From the NCBI GenBank assembly GCA_050575255.1, contig JBNZDD010013708.1:4866810-4930809 (forward strand): 64,000 bases of DNA, given 5' to 3'. Position numbers and translations under genes: made by a program. The stretch comes from Harriotta raleighana (Eukaryota). A model generated the notes under the pieces. The model was not told the DNA's origin and did not search any database. It saw only the letters and a list, made by a program, of their open reading frames with translations. Positions 13,301-27,800 of the stretch are shown here, in pieces (the stretch's first letter is position 1; each line of letters opens with the position of its first letter).

Positions 13301-16300
13301 CATTCGCAACAATATGTTTACACAATCTTTCAAAAAGATCTTTTAATAATCTGACCGCAAATAAAGTCTTTTACCAGGTGTGTCTGAAAGTGGTTGGGCA
13401 AACAGATTCAATAGTAGCTTAACAACAAAATTACATTTATATAGGGTTTTAACGTCAGCGCCTCGCGACGTCCTCCCGACATTAAAGGTGCTCTATCAAT
13501 GCAATTTTACTATTGTTGTCAGGAGGTCTATCAATGCAATTTTACTATTGTTGTCAGAAGGGCATCCCAAGGTGTTGAAAACAAGATTGGATTTGTATTT
13601 TAAAAATAAACCTACACAGAATTATGAGGAAAGAATGGGGGAGTGGGTTGAGTGAGACTAGTTGGGAAGCTCTTTCAAAGAGCCATCATAGGTACGATGT
13701 TCTGAATGGTCTCCTTCTCAGCTGTAATATTCTATGATTGTATTTTGAGTTTCACAGTGGTTCCTTTTGCTTTCTGCAGAAACGTTACAAGCAGGATTAT
13801 GAGCAAGCTCGGGGCAAGAGCATCAACTACTGCGACACTCCCAAGTTCCAGCTTGACAAAGTTTTGAGAAATTACACTGATGTAAGCCATTATTATTGGT
13901 GTTTGTTGATTGCTTATTGAGTGTTTGTGACGTTTGATGGTATGCAGCGCTGTTCGAATGGTTGACGTTAATGTTCGTCCTGTCAACGTTTCAGAAAAAT
14001 TACAAACAAACCTACATGGATAAGATAAGGGGGCACTACATCGGCAGCTACGAGGATCCGTACATGCTTCATTGCTTGAAGGTTGAACAGATGAAAAGTG
14101 GTGTAAGTAGGCCTCCCAAAAAAATCCCTGTTTCAGTAACCATCCTAACTTGTTTGCGCTGGATCAACTAACTCCAATGGGACCAGCCTCTCTGCCCTGC
14201 CCTTTGGAACTCCATCCCACAGTCCCTTTGCCTCCCTCATTCCCTGCCTTCTTCAAGGCATATCTCAAGACCCTCTTCTTTGACCGCTCTTTCGGTTGTC
14301 TTTCTACCTCCAATCCGTACCTTTCCTGCCCTCCTGATCCCAATCTCCCAACCATGCCCCTCACCTCCCAACTTGGGTTTAAATCTCTGATTGTCCAGAG
14401 CCTTAGGACATTCTCTTGCCGTGAAAAACACAATACAAATGTAATTTGATGTAATTGTTGTTGGAATTCACCCTATTCTTAGCTGGTCAGACCTCTGTGT
14501 CTTACATTTCAAGATCACAAAACGTCAAAGCAGAAACAGCACACTCTCTTTCTTGTTTCAGAAAAATTACAAAGCAGATTATGAGCTGGATAAAACATGC
14601 TGCTACTTCCCTCAAACTGTTACTCCAGAGTACGAAGCAATGAAGCACTCTTATAAATGCAAAGATGTGAGTATCCCAAAATGTCATACAGAATCTAAAG
14701 CCNGCACTCTTATAAATGCAAAGATGTGAGTATCCCAAAATGTCATACAGAATTAGCTTCTGTTGTTCTCCTTGGCTCATGTGTTCTCCAACAGTTACCC
14801 CCAACACACACTCTGGGGTTCGCAAGCCTTAACTCTTGGCAACCTGTACTTAATACTTTCCGAAATTAGGTAAGCAGGATCCATCCCTCCAAGGAGAGAT
14901 TCCATTCCAGTAATCCATCTCTGGGATTTCCATGTGTAGGTAGGAAGTCTGAAATTCTACCCAGTCTCGGCCTATAAGACCATTTTGTCTTAACTTTTAA
15001 GATATCAGATGTCCATGACTAAGGGGATAAGGTTTTTAGGGTTACAAATCATGATAAATTGTTGAATTCATTTTGAACTTTGAAGTTTGGTTTCCTGAAA
15101 GAGCTCACCAGAAATCTGGCTTGAAAATAAAACCCAAAAAGCCTGTATTTCAGAATTTGCCAAATTTTCAACGCACTGAAATGCTGCATGAAGGAGAATA
15201 ATTCTAGACTCAGGTGAAATTAATCCCCCTTTGAATGATAAATATATTTATTCATAACACTATGAGGGAAGCATAGCACCACCTAGAGTATAAATAGTGT
15301 CTGACTTAATGTTTCAATGATAGGCCTTGTACAGTTTGGGCTGCAGTACTTCAAAATGACAGAATGACCAGCCTATAGGGACATGTCAATCAATGGGACC
15401 AGGGATGATTCCCAGTTCACTTCTGTTAACTCTGCAAACCAAGGCCCTAATGGGTAGGGTGGTCTTATCCAGAACAGCAGCAGGAAGCAGGCTCGTCAGG
15501 CAATGCTCACTATAGCAAGCTACACTGGATTTAGCTGGTTAGACTCCAGCAGTTACCCCAATGCACACTGTGAGGTTCCCAAGCCTTGGCTCCTATCAAA
15601 CTGCGCCTAATCCACTCTGAGATGAGGTAAGTAGAATGCAACCCATTGGGGGGAGAGAGCGAGCAATCAATTTCGACCACAGGAGTTTCCAACGGAATTC
15701 TCCGTTTGATTTGGGTACTCTTAAGCATGGTGATGAGTTTCCGCATGTGTCTGGCACCTGGCCTATAGCAAAATGAAGGAGAACATTGGAACAAAATAGA
15801 GTATCTTCATCTAACAATTTATTTTCCAATTCCAGCAAGTCTACAGATCCCATCCTGACAAGACCAAGTTCACCCAAGTCACTGACTCTCCTGTGATGGT
15901 ACAAGCCCAGATCAATGCCAAGCAGCTGAGTGATGTAAGTGCCCTTCAATCCTCCAGGGTGTCCAGAGATGCGGTTAGTGATGTGATCAGTCATCTATGA
16001 GAAACCTTCATATTACATGGTTTAATAATTGCCCATATTTTGATCATAGTTTTACAACTAAAACCGCATTCACAGTTTGTTGTCACTCATTCCACTCGCT
16101 GCCCCTTCACAGGAATGAAAAATGCCCAAAGTCCATCCAGTTTGCCTTCCACCATTCTGGCAGTCGCATGTCAGGTCATGCCCCAAATTATTTACTGTAT
16201 CCTGAGATATTATTTCCTAATGAAAATCTATTGAATTTGTCCTTGACAGAACCTACACTTTTTCCTTTCACCGTCTCCCAAGGGGAAATTGTTCCTCATG

Positions 16301-19300
16301 TTTAATACTCGCTCACTGAAGTAGTGTTTCACAGATTGGTTCTGTATTTATTCCCCTATGCTCCCCGCACGATGACCACGCTGTGCTGTCTTTCCCTCCG
16401 CTCAGGGTTTCCTCGAACCTGGACTGCAAACCAAAACAGATAGAGAGCGAATATTCAGCTTGTAGTTATTTAAGATCAAACAGACCTGCTCAGGTGAAAT
16501 CTACACTGTTCCAAAGCACCAGTCCCTGGCAATGCTTATCCTGCAAATCGATTAAGTGATGAGCCACAATCTAGAGAAATTCATGAACATTCAGTAAATC
16601 AATGCCTTTAAGTCAGTCACAATATTGACAATCGTTGTATATGGAGTCACATCAACCCAATGGCCTTGTTTGAAGGCAAAGTTTTTCGGATTTGCTATTT
16701 GAAGTCCTGGATCAGAATGGTCTCACAGACAAGAGGATCTGGGTTCGATTCCCAGGTATAATGAAACCTTAGGCAAGTTTCCTTAAACCACACACCTCTG
16801 TTTACTTAGCAGTAAGTCTGAACCCGGTTGTTAATTGATTGGTAGATCACTTTCCAGGGGGTGATAATCCCTTCAAAAAAATTAAAAGAATAATGATGTC
16901 ATTCAGTCCTCGACTGTTTGTGGGACACTGTTGAGTGCAATTAGTTACCATGTTTTGCCCACAAAATACACAGTTAATGCACATCACAGTGTATCCTGTG
17001 AAGCGCTTAAAGACTCTCAGTGATGTGATAATGCAGATATCAAATGCGAGGGGTATTATTAGGTATCAATAAAATATAGCAATGCATACACAAGTATGCA
17101 TGTCTTTAAAACCCCTTGCACTCACCATATCTAGCTTCTAATGCCCTCCTTTCTTCCAGCTGAACTACAAAGCAGATTACGAGAAGAAAAAATTCAAATG
17201 CACAATACCCCCAGACGATCCTTTCTTCATCCGGTCCCGTGTGAATGCCTACAACTTGAGCGATGTAAGTGCTTGGACTCTCCCTCAGCTCCCTCCCTCA
17301 TTCCCTCCCTTATTCCCTCCCTCCCTCATTCCCTCCCTCCCTTCCTCATTCCCTCCCTCCCGCCCTCATTCCCTCCCTCGCCTCACAAGCGAGGGCACCT
17401 GGGTTCAATTTCCAGGCAGGGCAAAATGCTTAGGCAAGTCTCCTTACTCCCCACGCATGTTTACTTTGTGGTAAGTAGGAACCCAGTTGTTAGTCGATTG
17501 GCAGATTGCTTTTTCCGGAGTAATAATCCCTTTTTAAAAAAGTTATATTTAAAATAATTGGGTCCCTCAAACCACAATTGTTTGTGGGACACTGCTGTGC
17601 ACAATTGGCTGCTGAATTTCACCCACAAAATATATAGGTAACTCACTTTACAGTGTACTCTGTAAAGTGCTTTAAGACGTCTCGAAAGTGTGATAAGGCA
17701 CTAAAGCAAGGATTATTGTTATGAAGTATCCACTGTATGTGGTTGTTCACTCAGGGCCAAGTGCAGGAAAGCTCAATCCCACAGTGATCCATTTCAGAAC
17801 AGACTCTTACTATTTAGGATATCTAAGTTACAGAACTGAATCCCTCTACCCTATGGCATTGATAAAGTATACCTAAGCCAATGCACCATACACACATCCT
17901 TTGCTATCTGCCAATACAATTACCTTGAGGCTGTTAGATTGTGCTTAGCTTGATATTAGGCAAATACAATTAACTCTTGTATTCCTGGGGTAGGAAAGGT
18001 GTAATAGCTGGGTGTTGGAGGGCAGCGAACATCCATTGAAAATGTTACCTTGCACCACCCCCTCAGTAGGATGCGCAGTGGAAGAGGAAGGTCTGGAGTT
18101 GCGGTCTAACATGGGGGAAGAAGGGGGCAAGGCGGAGGGATTGTGGTGGGAGAGAGTTCCAAAGCCTTCAGGGTTTAGTGGCTGAAAGTCGAGCGGAGGC
18201 AGCGGTTAGTGGAGTGGGGAGAAAGCTGGTCAGGAATGAGCTGTCAGAGCGCGAAGTGGTTTGTAGAAGAGTTTTCTGTATTGTAAAGAATGAATCTAAA
18301 GTCATTGATGTGGCAATGTTTATCCGTTCTTATTGCGTTCCTCCTCTCTGTGACTAGAAATGTTACAAGGACAGCTGGGAGAAAGCCAAAGCCAAGCACT
18401 GTGATATCAGACTGGATGCTGTCCCTCTGATTGCAGCCAAAGCACAGAGTATTATCTCAAGCAATGTAAGTACTTCTTGACTGAGATGCAGAGTAAACAA
18501 TATATTTAGTAACCTCACGGAGAGGCGGGGTGGAGATGAGGAAAGAGTCCATTGTGGGGTCTTCTTGGGGAGTTTGCATTGCGTCAGTTCTCTGTGGTGG
18601 TCTCGTCAGTCATGTTTGTGAGCCAAGCAGATCTGTAGTGCTCCAGGGCATTGCTGAGTACAGATAATCCGCCTGGCTCATTGTCAGGACTTGCAGGGAA
18701 AGAGGAGGAGTAGGGATTTGTCCCGTTCAGGTCCTATTAAAGGCAGGGCGGGTGTTCTGGAAGATTGGCCAAAGGGCTTTCTTCACCCAAACCAAATTTG
18801 ATGTCTTGGGAACCCTCTAATGCAATGTGGTCCGAATTGCTTTTGGTTGCCAAGAGCTGCAGCCAAAAATCCGCAGGCTGCATTAACAATATTTTTATGT
18901 TTCCCTTCTAGAAACATAACATTTACCAGTTTTGGAGGAAGAGGGTGGGCCAGATGAAGTGGAGGATGGCGGGGGGGTGGGGGGTGGAGTTGGGTGGGTG
19001 CACAGGCTGCCAGTTGAATTCCCCACTGCTCTAACGAGTGTTGAAATTGTCCTCCGTTCTTAATACTGATGGTAATGCTTCCCCTTTCAGGTCAAATACA
19101 AAAAGGACTACGAAAAATCCCGCGGGAAACATGTGGGAGCTCGGTGTATACAGGATGACCCCAAGATCTTACACTCTATGCACGTGGCTAAGATGCAGAG
19201 CGAGGTGAGTCAACTGCTTGGAAAATGCTGTGTTGTGGTTAGCCAGAGTATCATGGTGAGATAGGGGAAGGGTTCATCCCAGCACTGTATCGAGTGTGAA

Positions 19301-22300
19301 GAGTGCTTGGGGAAGAACTGCATTGTCAGAGGTGCCGCCCTTTGAGTGAGATGTTAAACCAGAGGTCTTGTCTGTGCCTGTTCAGGTGGACATTAAAGAC
19401 CCCTTCTGGGGAATGGGACTAGTTGGCAAGTGCTTTCGAAGAGCCGGCACAGGCACGATGGACTGAATGGCCTCCTTCTGTGTTGTAACATCCTTCTGAT
19501 CTGCAAAGCGCTACCACTAAAATACCAGGAATAATAATATTTAATCGGATTATTATTAATTATAATAGTCATCCTTGAATTCGATATAGTGTTTTTCACA
19601 TTTCCTAGACATCTCAAAGCGCTTCACAGAATATACAGAATTGACTGTAAATAAGTGGGCAAAACACTTCAGGCAATTGCATACAGTGTGTCTCACAAAC
19701 AGTCGTGGATTGAGTGATCAAATTATTACTGTACTTTGTTTTTTTTCTCGAGGGAATATTATCAGGCATTATTCAATTTAGAGGGAAACTTCAATTTAGA
19801 GTATAAAAACAAATCCTGGGGAGAATAAAAAAACATATTTCCTATTTTCTGTTTTCAGCGTGAGTACAAAAAGGACTACGAGAAGACAAAGACCAAATAT
19901 CACTCCCCACTTGATATGATCCAGGTCTCACATGCAAAAAAGTCTCAGGACATTGCCAGCAACCTGGGCTACAAACAGCTGAGAAATCGTTACTTCTTGC
20001 CTCACGACAGTTTGTCTTTGCAACTGGCAAAGAAAGCCTATGGCCTACAGAGTGATGTGAGTGCAGAGTTTAACTGTTTCCTAGTCCAGATACACTGGTA
20101 TTATTCTTTTGATGAGCAGAGAAGATTAAGGGGAGATTTAACTTGCTATTGTTGTTTTTGTTTATAGAGGTGTTCCAAATTGTGAGGGATTTTGATAGAG
20201 TAGACGGGGAAACTGTTTCCTCTGGTGGGTGGGTCAATAATCAGAGGACACAGATTTAAGATTGGCAAAAGGATCAGAGGGGAGACAAGTAGAATTTTGA
20301 TTTTACCAAGGGAGTTGTTACGGTGTAATACACTGCCTGAAAGCATGGTGGGAGCAGATTCGATAATAGTTTTCAGAAGGTACTTGATAGGTACCTAACA
20401 ACTCAAAAGTTGTAGGGGTTGTGGGGTAAGAGCCGGGGAATGGGACTAGTTGGTTAGCGCGTTCGAAGAGCCGGCACAGGCACGATGGACTGAATGTTGT
20501 AAGTTTCTATGATTCCATGGCCAGCCCATTTGATTGATTAATCCGTATTATTATAAGTAATATTGTCAATATTATTTGTTGCAATTGGCTGCATCATCCC
20601 CCCAAAAAAACAATGGATTACTATTGGTCCATTCACAATCTAATGTAATTCCATATTTTTTCAAAGAATAATCTTTCTTAAGGTTCTGATCCATAGCTTG
20701 CATACGCTCCACATTTTATGAGCCTTTTATCACATTAACTTTAATTACTGCATTAAAAATATCTAACTAATTAATTTTTGGATTAATTATTTAATTACTT
20801 AATCTATTAAGCGGTGAATAGTATTTTTAAAAATATCTATGTACGCATTTCTATTTGTTAACAGAATGACTATAGATCTGAATATAACCAGTGGCAGAAG
20901 GGGACTGGCTGGATTCCATTCGGTTCTCTGGATGTTGAAAAGGCCAAGAAAGGCATGGAGATCCTTAATGAAGTAAGTTACAGTGGTATACTGAACAGCA
21001 ATTCAAGCTGAGGGGTGAATGTGCATCCATTCCGGACACAGAGAAATTTCCTTTGTGGAGAAAGTGAGCAGGGATTGAACAGACTCAGTGGAGATGTACC
21101 TGGAAGTGATCCAACTCTGTATGGATGGTTGATGAGTTTTACTGAGTCACCAGTTGGATTTGGAAGATTAGATGTGATCCGGACATATCCTGCATGGGCT
21201 GGCAATGTGTTACCTTTAGTTATATTTAAAATTAGTTTCAAGTCTTTATGAAGAGCTCTGTGACACATAGCAATTTGCCTTGGCTCTTGCCAACCCGCGC
21301 ATTAATATTTTCCAGGATTAGGTAAACAGGATGCTTCTCTCCAGAAAGAGAGTGCATTCCATTCCAACAATCTATCTGTATAATTTCCATGTGCAGGTGG
21401 GATACATAGAAACCTCAGTTTAGTTTGGATGCTCTCTTAAACATGGTGATAGAGAAGTAATCTATGAAATTGAGGTCAACCCAAACTCAACTCTTTGGTG
21501 CAGAGGGTTATTCTGCCCTGGAGATGTACCTGTTGATTCACAAGAGAACCGAAAACCTACATTAATTGAAGCTGACCGAGTGGTCTATGCCAGGATTGTA
21601 CTGAGAGATTTTCCAGCGAAAAAAAAAGAGCATTTTGTGAACTAAATTTGATCAGGATAATCCCAAAGTAAATTTTACTGTTAGGTAGCATACATTAGAT
21701 GGTCTTGAGACCAGATGGGTTCACGTTGTGCAGCATTAATTATTAAATTACAATTAAAAAAAAATAAAAAATTAAATAACNACCAGATGGGTTCACGTTG
21801 TGCAGCATTAATTATTAAATTACAATTAAAATAAATAAATNTTAATTATTAAATTACAATTAAAAAAAAATAAAAAATTAAATAACAAATAATGAAATAA
21901 CTTAAAATAATATTTTAATCCACAATTCTTTTTTTCTTTAAATGCCCCCAAACCAACTCTATATTAGCAGCCAGCCTCGGCAAACCATTCCATGCAAGTG
22001 TACAAGCAAGGTTGCTATATAAACGCACGTTGTTGTGGTTGTTTAAAGCTCTACTGTATAGAGGACAATGCCATTCTATTAATTTTGCTAAACCAGAGCC
22101 TTTCTTTGCAAATCCGTAACAGAAAAAATACCGGCAGCCTCCAGACACCATCAAATTCACGTCGGTTGATAATTCACCAGATGTGGTACTGGCAAAAATT
22201 AACCAGGAACAGAGGAGTGACGTAAGTATACCACCCAACAGGTCAGGATATGCACTGTTGCTCGGTTCAGATTCTAAGAAGAGGTAGATGTGGGTGTTTA

Positions 22301-24859
22301 AACTGTACCNATTCACCAGATGTGGTACTGGCAAAAATTAACCAGGAACAGAGGAGTGACGTAAGTATACCACCCAACAGGTCAGGATATGCACTGTTGC
22401 TCGGTTCAGATTCTAAGAAGAGGTAGATGTGGGTGTTTAAACTGCACCATTTGCAGTCAGACAATGTTTGCTTCTGATTTTAAACAGAGTTGATTTTCTA
22501 GGAATTGTAACCTTTCCAGTAGAGGTTTTAAATCCCACCTTGTCTTAGCCTCAGAGATCATTTGGACTTTAAAATTGAAAGTGGCACTTGTCGACATTGT
22601 TGACTATTCCTTTATTCGGTCTTCGGCAATTCGGCTTCTGCAATTCAGACGAGTTTAAGAAGAAGTTCATACTTTTGAAGACAAAGTTGCCGAAAAAGCT
22701 AAAAATAACTGGAATTCCCAGCCATAGAGACTGAAATAGTGGAAATAAAAATTGCAAGCTTAAATTTAAAAGGTGTGTTAGTTCCTCCCCTCAGGCAGCG
22801 TATTTCCACATTACTTTAACTCCCAAATTAGCCGAAAACTAATTATGTATTTGCAACTTGCCTTTTTTGTGGCAATCCCAAACGTCTCACAAAATGGTTT
22901 GGTTACCAGATGCCAAATTAATTTTTTGTGGTTTGTGAGTACCAAGGCAACTCATCCCCCCTGTGTGGCTTGTATTGTTTCTGTCATCTAGCTCAAATAC
23001 AAAGCGAAAGGAGAGAAGACTCTGCACAAGTACACATACCCACCAGACCTGCCGGAGTTTGTTCAGGCCAGAGTCAACGCTTACAATACCAGTAAAGTAA
23101 GTACAAGCTCAATAGTCTCCAGTTGATCGGCTCAAATACTTAGGGTCTTTCCACCCAAACTGACCAGCCCCATTGTGTTTTTCCATCCCACAGTTCTAAA
23201 TAATCTGAGTCAAATCATCTCAAGACCTTCCTCTTCAACTTCACCTTTGGTCACCCTCCTTTTCCTTCACCCTCCCTGCCCTCTACCCATCCTGATCCCA
23301 ATCCTCAGCTCAGGTTCCAAACCCCTGACTTTCCAGCACCTTAGGAAATCCTGCTGACGTGAAAGGCACTGTACAAATGTAATTCATTACTTGTTGTGAA
23401 CTAAACTATAGATATTTACAGAAAAGAGCTCCTTGATGCTGTAATGTGAGGACAACAACATTGTATTTATTTTGTGCCTTTCACATCGGGAAGATGTCTC
23501 AAGGTACTGAAAGAATGATAGGGTGTGTGGATTTTCTGGAGGGATGAGATCAGATGGTCCGAAGGACCTTCTTCACCCAAACCTATCTTATGATCTTGAA
23601 TGATTGTGTGACAACATGGAAGAAGGCCATTTGATCCATCATGTCTGCTCTTGAAAAGAGCCATCTATTTACCTCTCTTGACCCCTGCAAATTGCTCCTT
23701 TTCCAGGCTATGTTTCTAGCTCCCTCTTGAAAGCCAATATGGACTCTACCTTGACCACTGCCACCTGCAGGCGTTCCATGTCTTCCAAGAACTCTGTGTG
23801 AAATAAAATTCCCCTCCTGATCGCTCTCTCTCTCTTTGCTCCTCTTAAATTTATGCACACACCACACCGACTTACTGACTGGGAGTCTTGCAGCAGAGTG
23901 GCTAGAGCACTCGCCCCACAACTGAGAAGACCTGGGTTCGCTACCCCAGGGTGAAATTTTAGGGAAGATTCTTTAATCCACATACCTCTGTTTACTTAGC
24001 AATAAGTAGGAACCCAGTTGATTGATGGATTGGTTTTCTGGGGGTAATAACCCCATCAAAAAAAATCATAATTTGGTCAATCAATCCACAACTGTTTGTG
24101 GGACACTGTTGTGCACAATTGGCTGCCACATTTCTCCCACAAAATATCCAATACATTCTGTAAAGCATTTTGAGTCTTCTCAAAGAATTGACAAGGCACT
24201 ATATCAAATCCAAAGTTAATTACTATTATTCCTCCAGTTTTTGCTTTAGGTTAAATCACAATTTCCTGGTATTATCTTAGCAAATCCCTCTGTACCTCCT
24301 CATTCACCTTCACATTCTTCCTGGAGTGGGGAGACCAAATGTATGTGACCTCTGACTGAATACTTTAGTTAAAAAGACCACTTTTCTTTACAGAATTGCT
24401 ACACAAATGCTTGGAAAGCGGACATCGCAAAAGGCTATCACCTCACATACGATGCTATCCCGATCCTGGCAGCTAAGGCTGCCCGAAATCATGCCAGTGA
24501 TGTAAGTATCTACATTTTATATTTTCAGTTTTATTTACTTCTTGTTCACATGTATTTCTTTCATGTATCATTCACCCCATTCCTGATAAGTGTTTTAAGT
24601 TTTTTTTCCTAACTCCATTGGGTTGTAGTGCATTGCTGTTTATAGGTTGTTAAATGGCTTTCCCGGGGATAATAATTGCTTCAAATAAAAATACTAATAA
24701 ATTGGTCACTCAATCCAGGATTGTTTGTGGGACATCGCTGTGCTTAATTGGCTGCCACTTTACACCCACAAAATATACAGTCGATTCACTTTGCAGTATA
24801 TTCTGTGAAGTGCTTGAGAAGTCTCGAAGACGTGATAAGGCACCACATCAAATGCAAGG

Positions 24860-24891
<32 letters not shown>

Positions 24892-27800
24892 CACCACTTT
24901 ACAGGTAAAGTACAAACAGGCCTATGAAAAGGCCAGGGGCCATCACGTGGGCTTCCGAAGCCTGCAGGATGACCCCAAGTTGGTCCACTCCATGCATATA
25001 GCCAAGATGCAGTCTGAGCGTGAGTACAAGAAAGGCTATGAGAAGAGTAAGACTAAGTACCACACGCCGCTGGACATGATCAACATCACCGCTGCCAAGA
25101 AGTCCCAGGAAGTGGCCAGCAACATTAGCTACAAACAGCCGATCCACAATTACACCTACCTGCCCGATGCCATGAACGTTCAGCTGTGCAAGAAAATGAT
25201 GAACATCCAGAGTGACGTAAGTGCTTTCTTAGGGATTAAGGGATATGAGGATAAGGCAGTTAGGTGGAATTAGTTTAGAAGATCAGCCATGATCTTATTG
25301 AATAGCGGGGCAGGCTTGAGGGGCCAAATGGCCTACTCCTGCTCCTTATTCTTATGTTCTTAAGGCAATGGAACAAGCAATTTGTCAAGTTTGGCACCTG
25401 AAAAAATGGGAGCAAACTTAGAAGATTGGACAAATTGAGGGTTATTAGGTGATGCTCCTGTTAATGTTGCAAGCCAAATCCCTAATGGGTAGGATGGTCC
25501 TAGCTGGACAAGCAGCGGGAAAGCTTTCCAGACAGTGATACCAATGATAAGCTAAATGGCTCTATCTTCAGCGCCTTGGGACATCCTCCAAATGTGAAAG
25601 GCACTCTATAAATGTAATTTTGTTGTTATTGTTTCTGCTTATAGTCCATCAGTTACCCCAATGCACACTCTGGGGTACTCCAAATCCGCATCCAATACTT
25701 TTCAGATTAGGTAAGCAGGATCTGTCCCTCTAGGAAGAGAGAGAGCGCGCATTCCATTCCAACAAGCTGTCTCTGGGATTCTTTACGTGTTGGTGGGATC
25801 CATGGAATTCTCAGATTGGTTTGGATGCTCTTAAGCACAGAGATGGGTTTCTGCATGTTTCAGCCCCCCTCCCCCGGCTGAACCCCCACCCCAAACATTA
25901 ATAGATATCATAAAGGAATCTTTGGGAGAGTTGAGTAAATAGTGGGGATTAATTGTGGGTGATTGCGATTGCTCGGCGCTAGTTAAGACATACAGGTAAC
26001 CCTGAATTTCTGAAATTGAGGATGTAGATTGTGTGGGTAGAATCAATTTATCTTTTAAAAAACTTTTTAAAGTCCCTGATGAATTGTATTCTGCATCAAA
26101 TTGCTTTCCTACAGATAGGAGACCATCTGCAGAAGTTCCTGTAAAGGGTGTTTGTGCAGATATGTCCACTGCCTGTTTGATGATGCCAAATGAGTGATCG
26201 AATTTTCTCATGTCGTTTTTCTCTCTCTCTATTTTGTCCCTGAAGAACAACTACAAATACGATTACAATAACTGGTTTAAAGGCATTGGCTGGTCCCCGC
26301 ATGGATCAATAGAAGTGGAGAAGGTGAAGAAAGCTGGAGCGGCCCTGAATGAGCATAACTACAGACAGCACCCAGACACCATCAAGTTCACCAGTGTGCC
26401 TGACTCAATGGAAATGGTTCTGGCCAGGGCCAATTCACTGCAGCTGAATGACGTAAGTGTGTCTTAACAACATCTACAGATTGTATTTGTACAGGGCCCT
26501 TCAGGCTGGGCGACATCTCAGAGTGCTTAAGAGTGGTGGTGCCTGTCCCTGAGCCAGGAGGAGGGAGGTGACCGTAAGCACAATCAAAGAGTCAATGGTC
26601 TTCGATTGTGATCTAAAAGAGAGGGAGATTATGAGCTAAAATCTCAGAGAGGGATGCCAGATTTCTTTCTTCCATAACATTTTACATACCCTTTCCACAT
26701 CCCATAGCTTGTTACTTTAACTGGGAGGGACACTTGATGTGGCATGTGCACACAGAGCCGTTCTATGAGTCAGCTGGTATGCAGAATACTTTCTCTCACA
26801 GAAATACACACAGGTCATACCATTTTACAATGGATCATGTATGTGAAGCGCTTTTAGATGTCTCGACGACGTGAAAAGGCCCTGTATCAATTCGCAAGGG
26901 TTGTTATGATGGGTGAGAAAAACTTTTCTGCCATTTTTTCCTCCATTGTGGGTGAAGAATTGCCAGCCTGAAGTGCCTGCTTGCCCAACACTTAGCCCAG
27001 CTCTGTCAATGAAATCCTGGTGCATTGTGACTCATGGCATTCATTGATGTTGTTCCTCAGTTGCAGGCAACCCACTTTTGCCACACCCAGCAGGTACCTT
27101 GTGTTGTTGTTGAGAAAATGGAAGTGTAAACTTGTTCCTGTTAAACCCATACGTTTTTGATGTTACAGAAACTCTACAGATCTGGAGGAGAAAAGATAAA
27201 GCACAAGTACACCTTACCCCACGATGTACCACAGTTCATTCAAGCCAGATACAACGCTGCCAACATCAGTGATGTAAGGAACATCTTCCTTTGCTGTGAC
27301 ATTCTGTTTGTGGGGACCCTGCTGTGTGCAATTGGCTGACGCGTTCCGCCCACAAATATACAGTCAATTCACTTTACAGTATATTCTGTGAAGTACTTTG
27401 AGACGTTGAGACATCTGAGACGTCAAAGCCCTCTGAGACGCCGTCCGGCGTGGAGGGAGCCATATACATCAAAGTTGTTGTTGATAAGATGTGAAAAGCG
27501 CTATATCCAAAAAAATGCAAGGATTATTCTTACATTTTACAATCCTGCCCGTGCGTGCTGACAAAATGGCCTTTCAGGCAAAGGCCAGGTGGAACTTTGG
27601 GTCCTCTGTGTATTTCCAGTCAGGAGTGCAATCTTTATTGCTCCATAGGAAACAGTTCCCAGATGTTTACGAAGACAGTTGGCAATTACTTCGTCATTTC
27701 ATTTGAATTAAAGGTGCTGTTTGTTTCTTTTGCAGACTTACTACAAGGACGCCTGGCAGAAAACACTGGCTAAAGGACCCCATGTGGAGGCGAATGCCAT

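Noticed and set aside
14704-14752. Repeat of the end of exon 14562-14666 as an extra exon
   Set aside because: Follows the N at 14703 and has no acceptor; treated as gap overlap, though noted as a caveat in the findings.
21708-21885. Apparent triplicated AT-rich tandem repeat
   Set aside because: Copies are separated by Ns at 21781 and 21841; assembly overlap.
22311-22447. Second copy of the 3' half of exon 22123-22221 with its donor
   Set aside because: Starts right after the N at 22310, has no acceptor and repeats 22172-22308 almost exactly; contig-overlap artefact.
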